Virus genome (UHGV): UHGV-0216082
Source of the DNA: a virus
Length of the DNA: 33,047 bases
Direction: 5' to 3' (one strand)
Shown: positions 17,081 through 24,960 of the stretch, one piece after another
Numbering within the stretch: the stretch's first letter is position 1
How the letters are laid out: each line of letters starts with the position of its first letter
The notes under the pieces: generated by a model
The model's input: the letters and a program-made list of their open reading frames with translations, nothing else
Databases searched by the model: none
Told to the model about the DNA's origin: nothing
Program-made: the position numbers and the translations under genes

Positions 17081-17542
17081 TCAATATTTTTTCTTTACAT
17101 TAAAAAAAGGTAAAAAATTTATAATATAATCTTCAACTTCAACATCACTATAACTATATTTAGATTCATAGTATTTAAAAATTTTACAAAAAAATTCAAA
17201 AGAAATATTCTCAATTTCTAAAATATCAGATACATCATAATCGAAAAATTTATAATAGGCTAATTTTTGCAGAGGAATAACCTCTCTATAACTCCAAGCA
17301 TCTGCAAAAAATTCTTGTAAATCCTTATATTGATGTTCAAGTAAGTTATTTTCTTCAAGAGTAAAATGATGACCGAGTTCATGTCCCAATATTTCATTAT
17401 ATTTTTCTTCTTTTGTAAATGTATTTATTAAAACTGTATTATCAGAGTATAAACCCTCTATTTTAGAATTTTCTATATGTTTTTCAATTACTTCAATATT
17501 ATTTTTAACTGCAATGTTTAAAAGTCTATCCGATTTTTTCAT
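17081..17542 (-). CDS. ImmA/IrrE-family metallopeptidase
   Basis: ILGHELGHH (HExxH) plus QEFFADAWS; next to the repressor. Confidence 0.9.
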   Translation of the reverse strand: MKKSDRLLNIAVKNNIEVIEKHIENSKIEGLYSDNTVLINTFTKEEKYNEILGHELGHHFTLEENNLLEHQYKDLQEFFADAWSYREVIPLQKLAYYKFFDYDVSDILEIENISFEFFCKIFKYYESKYSYSDVEVEDYIINFLPFFNVKKKY

Positions 17543-17565
17543 ATGTCATCCTCAAAATATGTAAA

Positions 17566-17611
17566 AATAAATTAAGTCCGTTATTTTCAGAAATACCGGG
17601 CTTAATTTATT
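17566..17611 (-). terminator. Long hairpin between cI and immA
   Basis: AATAAATTAAGTCCG-ttattttcagaaatac-CGGGCTTAATTTATT. Confidence 0.6.
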
Positions 17612-17643
17612 CTTAGTACGGTTTTAAAAACATCATTTCAACA

Positions 17644-18018
17644 CTATTTCTCTTTATTTTTATTTTTTTGCTTTACATAATTTATAAAATTTTGAATTTC
17701 ATTTAGATCATCTTCAGAGAACTCATCTCCCTCAAAATGTGCAGCAATTCTATTAATGCCGGAAAAGTCTAAATCTTCAACAGACTTTAATTCTTTTGAA
17801 TTTTCAATTTCCATAGGGACATCAAATCCCATAAGCCAAGAGGGATTCACTTTTAAAGATTTAGAAATTAAATGTAAGTTTTTTTGTTTAGGTTCAAATT
17901 CACCTTTCATATAACCACTCATTGTTGCTTTAGCTATTCCAGTTGAATTCACTAAATCTACTTGTTTTAAACCTTTTAAATTCATTGCGTGTAATAATCT
18001 ATTTTTAAAAGTATTCAT
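17644..18018 (-). CDS. cI: CI-like XRE HTH repressor (no S24 peptidase domain)
   Basis: MNTFKNRL...LKQVDLVNSTGIAKATMSGY.KG.FEP...VNPSWLMG, and IAAH motif. Start set at ATG 18018 (AGAGG RBS). Confidence 0.9.
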   Translation of the reverse strand: MNTFKNRLLHAMNLKGLKQVDLVNSTGIAKATMSGYMKGEFEPKQKNLHLISKSLKVNPSWLMGFDVPMEIENSKELKSVEDLDFSGINRIAAHFEGDEFSEDDLNEIQNFINYVKQKNKNKEK

Positions 18019-18043
18019 AGTGTAACCTCTTTTCTTTTTATAT

Positions 18044-18072
18044 ATTATACACAAAAAAAACAAAAAAGTAAA
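18044..18072 (-). promoter_or_regulatory. Leftward (lysogeny) promoter
   Basis: Minus strand TTTACT, 17 nt, TATAAT upstream of cI. Confidence 0.7.
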
Positions 18073-18110
18073 GAAATATGAATTTTTTTTATATTTTTGT
18101 AAAAAAAAGG

Positions 18111-18139
18111 TTGACAAAGTAAAAAATAAATATTATAAT
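18111..18139 (+). promoter_or_regulatory. Rightward early lytic promoter
   Basis: TTGACA, 17 nt, TATAAT. Confidence 0.9.
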
Positions 18140-18140
18140 T

Positions 18141-18158
18141 AGTTCATAAAACCGAACA
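18141..18158. promoter_or_regulatory. Putative CI/Cro operator 1
   Basis: AGTTCATAAAACCGAACA (GTTC-N8-GAAC); exact copy at 18388-18405. Confidence 0.75.
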
Positions 18159-18171
18159 AAAAAAGAAAGGA

Positions 18172-18396
18172 GTGATATTTTTGTTTGATTATTCAAAATT
18201 AAAAGGAAAAATAAAAGAAGTTTGTGATACAAGGGAAGAATTTTGTAAAAGAACAGGAATTTCTAATACTTCATTGAGTTTGAAATTAAATAATAAAAGA
18301 GAATTTACTCAAAGAGAAATGATAAAAATTTGTATGGTGTTAGGTTTAGAAATAGCTGATATAAAAGAATATTTTTTTTGCGAAAAAAGTTCATAA
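18172..18396 (+). CDS. cro: Cro-like HTH (DUF739-type)
   Basis: FDYSKLKGKIKE...SLSLKLNNKREFTQ.EM...YFF; divergent from cI. Start may be TTG 18181. Confidence 0.88.
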   Translation: MIFLFDYSKLKGKIKEVCDTREEFCKRTGISNTSLSLKLNNKREFTQREMIKICMVLGLEIADIKEYFFCEKSS

Positions 18397-18405
18397 AACC
18401 GAACA
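18388..18405. promoter_or_regulatory. Putative CI/Cro operator 2
   Basis: Exact 18-bp repeat of 18141-18158 overlapping the cro stop codon. Confidence 0.75.
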
Positions 18406-18419
18406 GAAAGGAGAAATAG

Positions 18420-18551
18420 ATGGAAGAAAAGATATTAGATGAATTAAAAGAAATAAAAGAATTGCTCCATGATATTAAAGAAAACATGGAGCAAAAAGAA
18501 ATTAAGGTTTCTTTAGAGAGTTCCGATAGTAACACCAACAATTTGATCTAA
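18420..18551 (+). CDS. 43-aa hypothetical protein (not in ORF track)
   Basis: GAAAGGAG RBS; MEEKILDELKEIKELLHDIKENMEQKEIKVSLESSDSNTNNLI. Confidence 0.65.
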   Translation: MEEKILDELKEIKELLHDIKENMEQKEIKVSLESSDSNTNNLI

Positions 18552-18848
18552 GAAAACAGTAATAAATGGAACTGAATAAGAAAAAGATCCATTTTTGACT
18601 GTAACATCTTTAAGTTTTATGAATGCTGGATATTTATCAGATTCTTGGGTTTCTTCGATAAAACAATTTACAGATTCATTTGTAAAATCATTAAAAAATT
18701 TTAATTCTTTAATTTCTTCATCAGATACAATTTTACCAGATATTATTCCTGATGGAGTTAGTAAGATTAAATTATTTTTATCAAAATCTTTTAACTTTGT
18801 TAGATTTGCAAAGCTAAGGATTAGATGTTTATTCAAATTAGCAGACAA
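18513..18848 (-). CDS. Counter-oriented moron, possible Sm-like/GvpU-like fold
   Basis: TTG start after AAGGGGGTG; own TGtTATAAT promoter (18881-18873); LILLTPSGIISGKI...FIKLKDVTV...LDQIVGVTIG. Confidence 0.7.
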   Translation of the reverse strand: MSANLNKHLILSFANLTKLKDFDKNNLILLTPSGIISGKIVSDEEIKELKFFNDFTNESVNCFIEETQESDKYPAFIKLKDVTVKNGSFSYSVPFITVFLDQIVGVTIGTL

Positions 18849-18913
18849 TATAATCACCCCCTTTCCAACTAAATTATAACACAAAGGGGGATAGAAACAA
18901 AAGGAGAAATACT

Positions 18914-19036
18914 ATGGAAATATTCTTTGAAGGAAGTGTTATAGAGAGTGGATTAGAGGACTTAGCAGAAATGCTTATAGAGAAGTATGAAAAAGAAGTT
19001 TTAAAAGAAGAGGTACAAGAAAAAAGTTATGAGTAG
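18914..19036 (+). CDS. 40-aa acidic hypothetical protein (not in ORF track)
   Basis: AAGGAG RBS; MEIFFEGSVIESGLEDLAEMLIEKYEKEVLKEEVQEKSYE. Confidence 0.6.
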   Translation: MEIFFEGSVIESGLEDLAEMLIEKYEKEVLKEEVQEKSYE

Positions 19037-19214
19037 TGCAGAAGAGTTGAGAGAAGAATTAAAAGAGTTTCAAAAAACTTTTGATAAACTCACAAATGAG
19101 TTTAACGATATATTTTATAAATTTATAGACTTCTCATATAAAGCAAAAGTACAAATAACTATAATACAAAAGAAACTTAATAGATTAGAAGAACTTGAAA
19201 GGAAGAGAAAATGA
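19029..19214 (+). CDS. Hypothetical coiled-coil protein
   Basis: 61-aa ORF coupled to its neighbours. Confidence 0.65.
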   Translation: MSSAEELREELKEFQKTFDKLTNEFNDIFYKFIDFSYKAKVQITIIQKKLNRLEELERKRK

Positions 19215-19615
19215 ACAAAAAGAAAAGTGAGTGGGATAGATACATAGATGATAAGTCTCTATTAAGAGACAATGGAATTTTGAACTTTGGGTTCAATGGT
19301 TATACAGGAAAAATTTTTAGAGATAGTGATACACATTGTCTTTTTGTAACAATATTTTTAAAAGAAACAACAAAATTGTCAGAAGAAATTTTAAATGAAT
19401 TAAAAAAAATAGTTTATCATAAAAGACTAAAATTTGTTCAAGAAAATTTTTGGGAAGTTGGATCTATAGAATTTAACTCAGCAAGTTTGGAAGATTATAT
19501 ACCAGCTTATGAGCAATTAGGACTAAATAAAAATAAGACATATAAAGATTTGAAGTTTATAAAAAACGAAACTAAAAAGATAATATGTTGTCTAATAGAA
19601 AGAGGGATAAGGTAA
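19211..19615 (+). CDS. Hypothetical protein
   Basis: 134-aa ORF with ATGA overlap. Confidence 0.75.
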   Translation: MNKKKSEWDRYIDDKSLLRDNGILNFGFNGYTGKIFRDSDTHCLFVTIFLKETTKLSEEILNELKKIVYHKRLKFVQENFWEVGSIEFNSASLEDYIPAYEQLGLNKNKTYKDLKFIKNETKKIICCLIERGIR

Positions 19616-19845
19616 TGGATATTAGAAAAAAATTAAAAGAACTCGGATGGAATCTATACAAAAATAATAAAATAGAGAAAATTTATGAAAAGCATAATAG
19701 AGAAACATTAATAATTTTTAATAAAGATGGAAAAAATGTATCTTTTAAAAATGTACATTCTTTAAATAGAGAAGAACTAGATGCAATAAAAATGGAAATG
19801 GATGATTTATTTTTTAAGGCATACTTTGAAAATGAAATTAAATAA
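19615..19845 (+). CDS. Hypothetical protein
   Basis: Start likely at the TAATG overlap (MDIRKKL...). Confidence 0.7.
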   Translation: MDIRKKLKELGWNLYKNNKIEKIYEKHNRETLIIFNKDGKNVSFKNVHSLNREELDAIKMEMDDLFFKAYFENEIK

Positions 19846-19868
19846 AAAAATTAAAAAGGAGATAAAAT

Positions 19869-20129
19869 ATGAACACACAAAAAAAGGCTTTTTGCTATAA
19901 CGACGTCGCTGATTCTTTTAGAGTAGGGATAGATTATAACAAAACACAAAATTCAACAGTTTTAGCATTTTCAAACTTAAAAGAAAAAAGTACATCACAA
20001 TGTAGAACAAAAGAAAGTAAAGAAGATATAGAAAACAATACTTTCTTTAGAGGATGTATAGCAGGGATGTTGACAGCATTTGCAATAATACTTTTTATAA
20101 TGAATTTTATAAAAGAACTTATGTACTAA
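19869..20129 (+). CDS. Hypothetical protein with C-terminal membrane helix
   Basis: AAGGAG RBS; hydrophobic GCIAGMLTAFAIILFIM. Confidence 0.7.
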   Translation: MNTQKKAFCYNDVADSFRVGIDYNKTQNSTVLAFSNLKEKSTSQCRTKESKEDIENNTFFRGCIAGMLTAFAIILFIMNFIKELMY

Positions 20130-20154
20130 AAATATTGAAGAGGAAGAGGGACTT

Positions 20155-20571
20155 ATGAATAATGTAAATTTAATAGGAAGACTAACAAATGCTGTAGATT
20201 TTAGATACAGTCAAGCACAAAATCCATACTGCTTTTTTACAATTGCAGTTGACAGAGGATTATCGAAAGAGAAGAAAGAAGAACTTAAAGCAACAAATAA
20301 ACAAACAGCAGATTTCATAAGAATTGTTGTTTACGGAGTAATGGCTGAAAATTGCAAAAAGTTTTTGAAAAAAGGAAGAAATGTAGCAATTCAAGGAAGA
20401 ATTCAAACAGGAAGTTATACTGCAGAAGACGGACAAAGGAAATATACATTTAATATTGAAGCTGAAAAAGTACAGTTTATTGATTGGGGAGATAAAACAA
20501 ATCAAGAAGAGGGATTTGATGATTGGGACTTAGGTATTTCTGAAGCACGAGATGAAGAAATTCCATTTTAA
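20155..20571 (+). CDS. ssb: Single-stranded DNA-binding protein
   Basis: MNNVNLIGRLT, ADFI, GRIQTGSY, C-terminal DEEIPF. Confidence 0.96.
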   Translation: MNNVNLIGRLTNAVDFRYSQAQNPYCFFTIAVDRGLSKEKKEELKATNKQTADFIRIVVYGVMAENCKKFLKKGRNVAIQGRIQTGSYTAEDGQRKYTFNIEAEKVQFIDWGDKTNQEEGFDDWDLGISEARDEEIPF

Positions 20572-20806
20572 AAAAATAATATTTAGAAGCAACGGAAATA
20601 GAACGATGAAAAAAGATAAAGAAACTTTAGTAGATGAAATAGAAATATTAAAAGAAGCATTTAGACAAATTAAGATAAGTTTAATAAAAGAATTTGAAGA
20701 TATACTTATAAAAATTTTTCCTGATTATAAAAAGTATTTAAAACATATTTATATAATTTTACAAATAATCTTTATATTGTTTATGACTTGTCTCTTAATA
20801 AAATAA
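20552..20806 (+). CDS. Hypothetical membrane protein (start uncertain)
   Basis: Hydrophobic C-terminus. Confidence 0.55.
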   Translation: MKKFHFKKIIFRSNGNRTMKKDKETLVDEIEILKEAFRQIKISLIKEFEDILIKIFPDYKKYLKHIYIILQIIFILFMTCLLIK

Positions 20807-20820
20807 AAAAGGAGTAAAAA

Positions 20821-21210
20821 ATGAAAGAATTAAAATTCAGAGTTTGGGACAAAGAAAGAGAAACATTTTTAAATAATGTATTTATTGGTTCAGATGGAAC
20901 ATTGTATCAATTTTCAAAAGATACAATTTTTGGAACAGCAATAACTTACTTAGATTCCGAAAATAAAAAGATATTGCAATATACAGGGTTACACGATAAG
21001 AATGGAAAAGAAATCTTTGAAGGAGATATTATAAAAATCAAAGATGAAACATACAGAATAACTTGGAACGGATGCTTTTCAAGTTTTGACATGACTAATA
21101 TAGATAAAGCAAAGCAATATAAAGACTTGTATATATTAAACAAAAACTTTGAAAAATCAGAAATAGTTGGAAATATTTATCAAAATAGAAAGTTATTAGA
21201 AAACAAATAA
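20821..21210 (+). CDS. YopX-family protein
   Basis: LKFRVWD, QYTGLHDKNGKEIFEGDII, EIVGNIYQN. Confidence 0.92.
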   Translation: MKELKFRVWDKERETFLNNVFIGSDGTLYQFSKDTIFGTAITYLDSENKKILQYTGLHDKNGKEIFEGDIIKIKDETYRITWNGCFSSFDMTNIDKAKQYKDLYILNKNFEKSEIVGNIYQNRKLLENK

Positions 21211-21230
21211 ATCAAGAAAGGAAAAACAGA

Positions 21231-21632
21231 ATGAACTCAACGGCAGCAAAGAAATTAATGATAGCAGAAAGTAGTGTTTTTTATAATGGTGTTGAATACG
21301 ATAAAATTCAATCGCTTATTTTCAAAAAAACAGAAAATGGAATTAAAGCATGTGCAGAATTAATAGACAAGAACAAAAATTCTATAACAGTAGCTTTTTT
21401 AAAAGATATAAAATCAGAAGAAAATGAGGATAAAGAAAAAATTGATATTGATGATTTATATTTCGAGGGATTACAGAGTGAATTTAAAAGAAATGCTTTA
21501 CTTTGTATAAATAGTCTTGGAATATCAAATCATAAACTGGCATTAACAGAAATTAGAGCAATAATAAGTGTTATTACCGATTTGGAAGAGGCACTTGAGC
21601 AAAAAGTAGAAGAAAATAAAAAAGAAGAGTAA
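21231..21632 (+). CDS. Hypothetical protein
   Basis: 133-aa ORF with GAAAGGA RBS. Confidence 0.75.
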   Translation: MNSTAAKKLMIAESSVFYNGVEYDKIQSLIFKKTENGIKACAELIDKNKNSITVAFLKDIKSEENEDKEKIDIDDLYFEGLQSEFKRNALLCINSLGISNHKLALTEIRAIISVITDLEEALEQKVEENKKEE

Positions 21633-21634
21633 AC

Positions 21635-21708
21635 AAAAAAGCACTTTTAAAAGTGCTTTTCTGTGATAGTTTCATAGTGTTATATGAAACAAAAAATTAT
21701 TAATCGTT
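21635..21708 (-). ncRNA. Predicted counter-transcribed RNA (ctRNA) in the rep leader
   Basis: Promoter at 21743-21715; hairpin GTTTCATA-6-TATGAAAC (21669-21690); terminator palindrome 21637-21660 ending in T6 on the minus strand. Confidence 0.6.
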
Positions 21709-21714
21709 AATAAT

Positions 21715-21743
21715 ATTATATCACAGAATGTTGAAAAATGCAA
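21715..21743 (-). promoter_or_regulatory. Antisense sigmaA promoter
   Basis: Minus strand TTGCAT, 17 nt, TATAAT with TGn extension. Confidence 0.75.
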
Positions 21744-21845
21744 ATAAAAGAGGGTGTTTTTATACCTCTTTGCGAGCTTGTAATGGATATTATTTTTTCG
21801 ACCATACAAAAAAATAAAAAAATAAAAAAATGTTGGTGGTATGAT

Positions 21846-22661
21846 ATGAATTTTATTAGAGAGAAAAAAATTTACTGTGGAGAAAAATATATGGAGGTAG
21901 ATATATATCCATATATGACTTTTAGAAAACCAAAAGGGCAAAGGTCAAAAAAAGTTAAGGAAAGTATTCCGGTTCAAAAAAACTTAAATGATAAAAATGC
22001 AAAGAGGAAATTCGTTCAACTTGCTGAAACAAATTTCGGAGATGAAGATTTAGCTTTGCACTTAACATATAGCAATGAATTTTTACCAAATAGCATTGAA
22101 GAAATGGAAAGAGAAATCACTAATTTTTTAAGGAGATTAAAAAGACTTAGAAAAAAATTAGAACTTGAAGATTTAAAATACATATTAGTAACATCATATA
22201 CAACACAAAAAGATGAAGATGCAGGAGTACAAAGTGTTAGACCTCATCATCATTTGTTAATAAACAAGGGGGTTGATAGAGATACAGTAGAAGATTTATG
22301 GAGGAAGAAAAGAAAGAAAGGAGAAAAGAAAGGAAAAAGAATCGGAATAGCAAACTGTCAAAGATTACAGTATAACGAGATAGACGGAATCACGAGTATA
22401 AGTACATACTTTGCTAGAAATCTAACTCAAAAAAGAAAATGGACTTGTAGTCAAAATTTAAAGAGACCTGAAAGTCGTACTAATGATGCAAGATATTCCA
22501 AGAGGAAAATTGAAAAGTTAGCAAAAAGCTACTTTGATAGAGAATTTTGGGAAAAACAATATCCAGGTTGGAGTATAAAAGATAAAGACAACGGATATAG
22601 TGCAGTGTATAACGAGTTTACAGGTTGGAGTATATACTTGAAATTAAGGAGGAAAGAATGA
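21846..22661 (+). CDS. HUH-superfamily rolling-circle replication initiator-like endonuclease
   Basis: Motif I LHLTY, motif II RPHHHLLI, motif III-like ISTYFARN, then KWTCSQNLKRP. Start set at ATG 21846 (GGTGG RBS). Confidence 0.8.
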   Translation: MNFIREKKIYCGEKYMEVDIYPYMTFRKPKGQRSKKVKESIPVQKNLNDKNAKRKFVQLAETNFGDEDLALHLTYSNEFLPNSIEEMEREITNFLRRLKRLRKKLELEDLKYILVTSYTTQKDEDAGVQSVRPHHHLLINKGVDRDTVEDLWRKKRKKGEKKGKRIGIANCQRLQYNEIDGITSISTYFARNLTQKRKWTCSQNLKRPESRTNDARYSKRKIEKLAKSYFDREFWEKQYPGWSIKDKDNGYSAVYNEFTGWSIYLKLRRKE

Positions 22662-23011
22662 GAGATATTTCAAAATTAAGTGCTAAGAGACAAAGAAAAA
22701 TATTAGATTACGTAGGAAAGGAAATTGCAGAAGGATTAAATGATGCAATGAACGAAACGAAAGGAATAAAACTTAGAAGTTTTATAACTATAACTGAAGA
22801 AGAATTAAAAATTCTAAAAGAAAACGGAATAAGTATAACTGATGTTGCATATGAAATCAAAAAGGCACAAAGAAAAGTGCTTTATAAGTTTTTGTGTAAA
22901 GATGACTTATATAAAGAATTTTATGAGTACATCAAACAATTAATCAAGAATGGAAACTTAGAAGAAAAAATCGTTAGAAGAAAATTTGAAGAACTTGAAA
23001 TGAGAAAATAA
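22658..23011 (+). CDS. Hypothetical protein
   Basis: AGGAGG RBS and ATGA overlap with rep (MRDISK...). Confidence 0.75.
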   Translation: MRDISKLSAKRQRKILDYVGKEIAEGLNDAMNETKGIKLRSFITITEEELKILKENGISITDVAYEIKKAQRKVLYKFLCKDDLYKEFYEYIKQLIKNGNLEEKIVRRKFEELEMRK

Positions 23012-23038
23012 ATGGGAAAATGAAAAAGGAGTTTAGTT

Positions 23039-23248
23039 ATGAAGAAATATATTTATAAACTAACATATAAGAATTTTGAAATAATAGCTGGTGAATTAGC
23101 TGGTGAAAAGAATTTTGAAAAGTATTTTTCTAGCTTTATTAAACTTAAAAAATTTTTAAAAGAAAAAGGTATTTCAATTACAAAAGAAATAAGAAGTATA
23201 TCCGGAAGATATGGTATTTATACAATTGAAAAAATAGAGGTGCAATAA
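23039..23248 (+). CDS. Hypothetical protein
   Basis: 69 aa; AAGGAG RBS. Confidence 0.7.
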   Translation: MKKYIYKLTYKNFEIIAGELAGEKNFEKYFSSFIKLKKFLKEKGISITKEIRSISGRYGIYTIEKIEVQ

Positions 23249-23347
23249 ATGAATTTATTTTTAAATATAATATGTCTAATATTTGGAGCGATTTTAGGAA
23301 ATATTCTTGGAGTTTTAGTAGTATGTTTTTTAAAAAACAAAAAGTAA
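23249..23347 (+). CDS. 32-aa single-TM peptide (not in ORF track)
   Basis: GAGGTG RBS; MNLFLNIICLIFGAILGNILGVLVVCFLKNKK. Confidence 0.6.
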   Translation: MNLFLNIICLIFGAILGNILGVLVVCFLKNKK

Positions 23348-23358
23348 GGATATAGAAA

Positions 23359-23811
23359 ATGAGAATTAAAGCAGATTGTGATGTAAATTGTTATTTGTGT
23401 AAAAATGTATTAGATCATGTAACAGAGCCTTTAAATTTTATAAAAGAAGATAATCAATATATTTTAAATATTAAAATCAAGTCTAGCATTAAAAATGTAT
23501 TTGGTAAAACATTTTATTTTTATGATAAAGAAATAGAATCTATAGACATTGAATATAAAGGAATTTTAAAATACATAAATTTTCTAGATTTAATTTGTTT
23601 TTCTGAAGAAATAAGCTGTGTTTATTTAGATGATATACAAGATTTAAAAATAAATAGTATTAAACTAGCAGAAAAAAACGAGGTTATAACTAATGAAAAT
23701 TATGATTTTAGCAAAGATAAAAAATTTTTAAAAAGTTTCAAGAAGTTTTTATCTAAACAGTTTCATTTAATATTTGAAATTAAGTTAGAAAGTGAAGAGG
23801 TGCAAGAATAA
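23359..23811 (+). CDS. Hypothetical protein
   Basis: 150-aa ORF with AAGGA RBS. Confidence 0.7.
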   Translation: MRIKADCDVNCYLCKNVLDHVTEPLNFIKEDNQYILNIKIKSSIKNVFGKTFYFYDKEIESIDIEYKGILKYINFLDLICFSEEISCVYLDDIQDLKINSIKLAEKNEVITNENYDFSKDKKFLKSFKKFLSKQFHLIFEIKLESEEVQE

Positions 23812-24191
23812 TGAATAATTTAAAATTTAGAGCTTGGGATAAAACGAAAGAAATATTTACTAATTATCAAATAGTTGATGATATGCTATATTTCATGGAT
23901 AAATTCACAGGAGTTTGGAAAAGAGATGATAATCAAGACAGATTTGTTCTTATGCAATCAACAGGCTTGTTTGATAAATACGGCGTTGAGATATACGAGG
24001 GGGATATTATTGATGTTGGTACAAGAATACCCTTTTTAAACAAAATACAAAGAGATGAAGAAACGGCATATTTAAAGTTAGTACCTCTTGATAAAAGGTG
24101 GACTGAAAGTTATTTTACAAATTTTGAAGATAAGAGCAGGTATGAAGTAGTAGGCAACATATACGAGGATAAGGAGTTGATACAACAATGA
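23811..24191 (+). CDS. YopX-family protein (second paralogue)
   Basis: LKFRAWD, MQSTGLFDKYGVEIYEGDII, EVVGNIYE. Confidence 0.92.
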   Translation: MNNLKFRAWDKTKEIFTNYQIVDDMLYFMDKFTGVWKRDDNQDRFVLMQSTGLFDKYGVEIYEGDIIDVGTRIPFLNKIQRDEETAYLKLVPLDKRWTESYFTNFEDKSRYEVVGNIYEDKELIQQ

Positions 24192-24388
24192 AAAAAATTG
24201 AACTTGAAAGCTATTTAGACGAGTATGTAGAAGTTACTTTATTTGATGATTTTGTTTATCGTGGAATATTAACTAGAACAGATGACTACTTAGAAAGATG
24301 TTATAAAAACGGATATTACTTTGTAAGTGGTGTAAATGATAATCAGCTTTTTAGATGTTCTCACGTTAAGAAAATTAAAAAATTTTAA
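24188..24388 (+). CDS. Small hypothetical protein, possible Sm/LSm-like fold
   Basis: YLDEYVEVTLFDDFVYRGILT...LFRCSHVKKI. Confidence 0.65.
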   Translation: MKKIELESYLDEYVEVTLFDDFVYRGILTRTDDYLERCYKNGYYFVSGVNDNQLFRCSHVKKIKKF

Positions 24389-24400
24389 AAGGAGTAAAAA

Positions 24401-24949
24401 ATGAAAGATGTAAAAAAAAGTTTTCAAAGTCTGAAGAACAATGCTCAAGGGCATTTCTTTGAACAGCAAATTGAAAGAGCCTGTAATCATTACAGGGAAA
24501 CAGGAATTGCAAACATTCATAAAACACCTGAACCTTTCCGAGTAATAAAAAAATTACCTGCAGGAAGATTTCAAGGACAATTTTTGAAAAAAGCTGAACC
24601 GGATTTCAAAGGTGTATTGAACGGAGGACAAATGATAGTCTTTGAATGCAAGTTTACAAGTAAAGAAAGAATATCAAAGAATGTTTTATCTGAAAATCAA
24701 GAAAATGAATTACAAGGAAATCAGAAGCTCGGAGCAATTGCTGCAATTTGCATTTGCTTTGCAGAGGGAATGATTGAAAGATACTTTTTTATTCCGTATC
24801 AAGTATGGAACAATATAGATAAAATAATAGGTAAAAAAACAGTAGGAATAAAGGATATAAAACAGTTTGAAGTTAAATTCAGTGGATCTAAAGGAATTTT
24901 GTTTTTAGAAAACTTAATAAACATACCAAATCTACTTATCAAAGAATAA
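24401..24949 (+). CDS. recU: RecU-family Holliday junction resolvase
   Basis: G..FE..I...C..Y...GIA.I.K.P.P, PDFKG, VFECK PD-(D/E)xK motifs. Confidence 0.85.
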   Translation: MKDVKKSFQSLKNNAQGHFFEQQIERACNHYRETGIANIHKTPEPFRVIKKLPAGRFQGQFLKKAEPDFKGVLNGGQMIVFECKFTSKERISKNVLSENQENELQGNQKLGAIAAICICFAEGMIERYFFIPYQVWNNIDKIIGKKTVGIKDIKQFEVKFSGSKGILFLENLINIPNLLIKE

Positions 24950-24960
24950 AGGGGAAATTT

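Noticed and set aside
18019..18117. N-terminal extension of CI in the ORF track
   Set aside because: Low-complexity translation of the promoter region; ATG 18018 has the RBS.
18141..18158. LexA SOS box
   Set aside because: The Bacillota box is GAAC-N4-GTTC; this site is GTTC-N8-GAAC.
21672..21941. 89-aa minus-strand ORF and the 36-aa N-terminal extension of Rep from 21738
   Set aside because: No convincing RBS. Both overlap the promoter and hairpin elements, and the minus ORF is antisense to rep.
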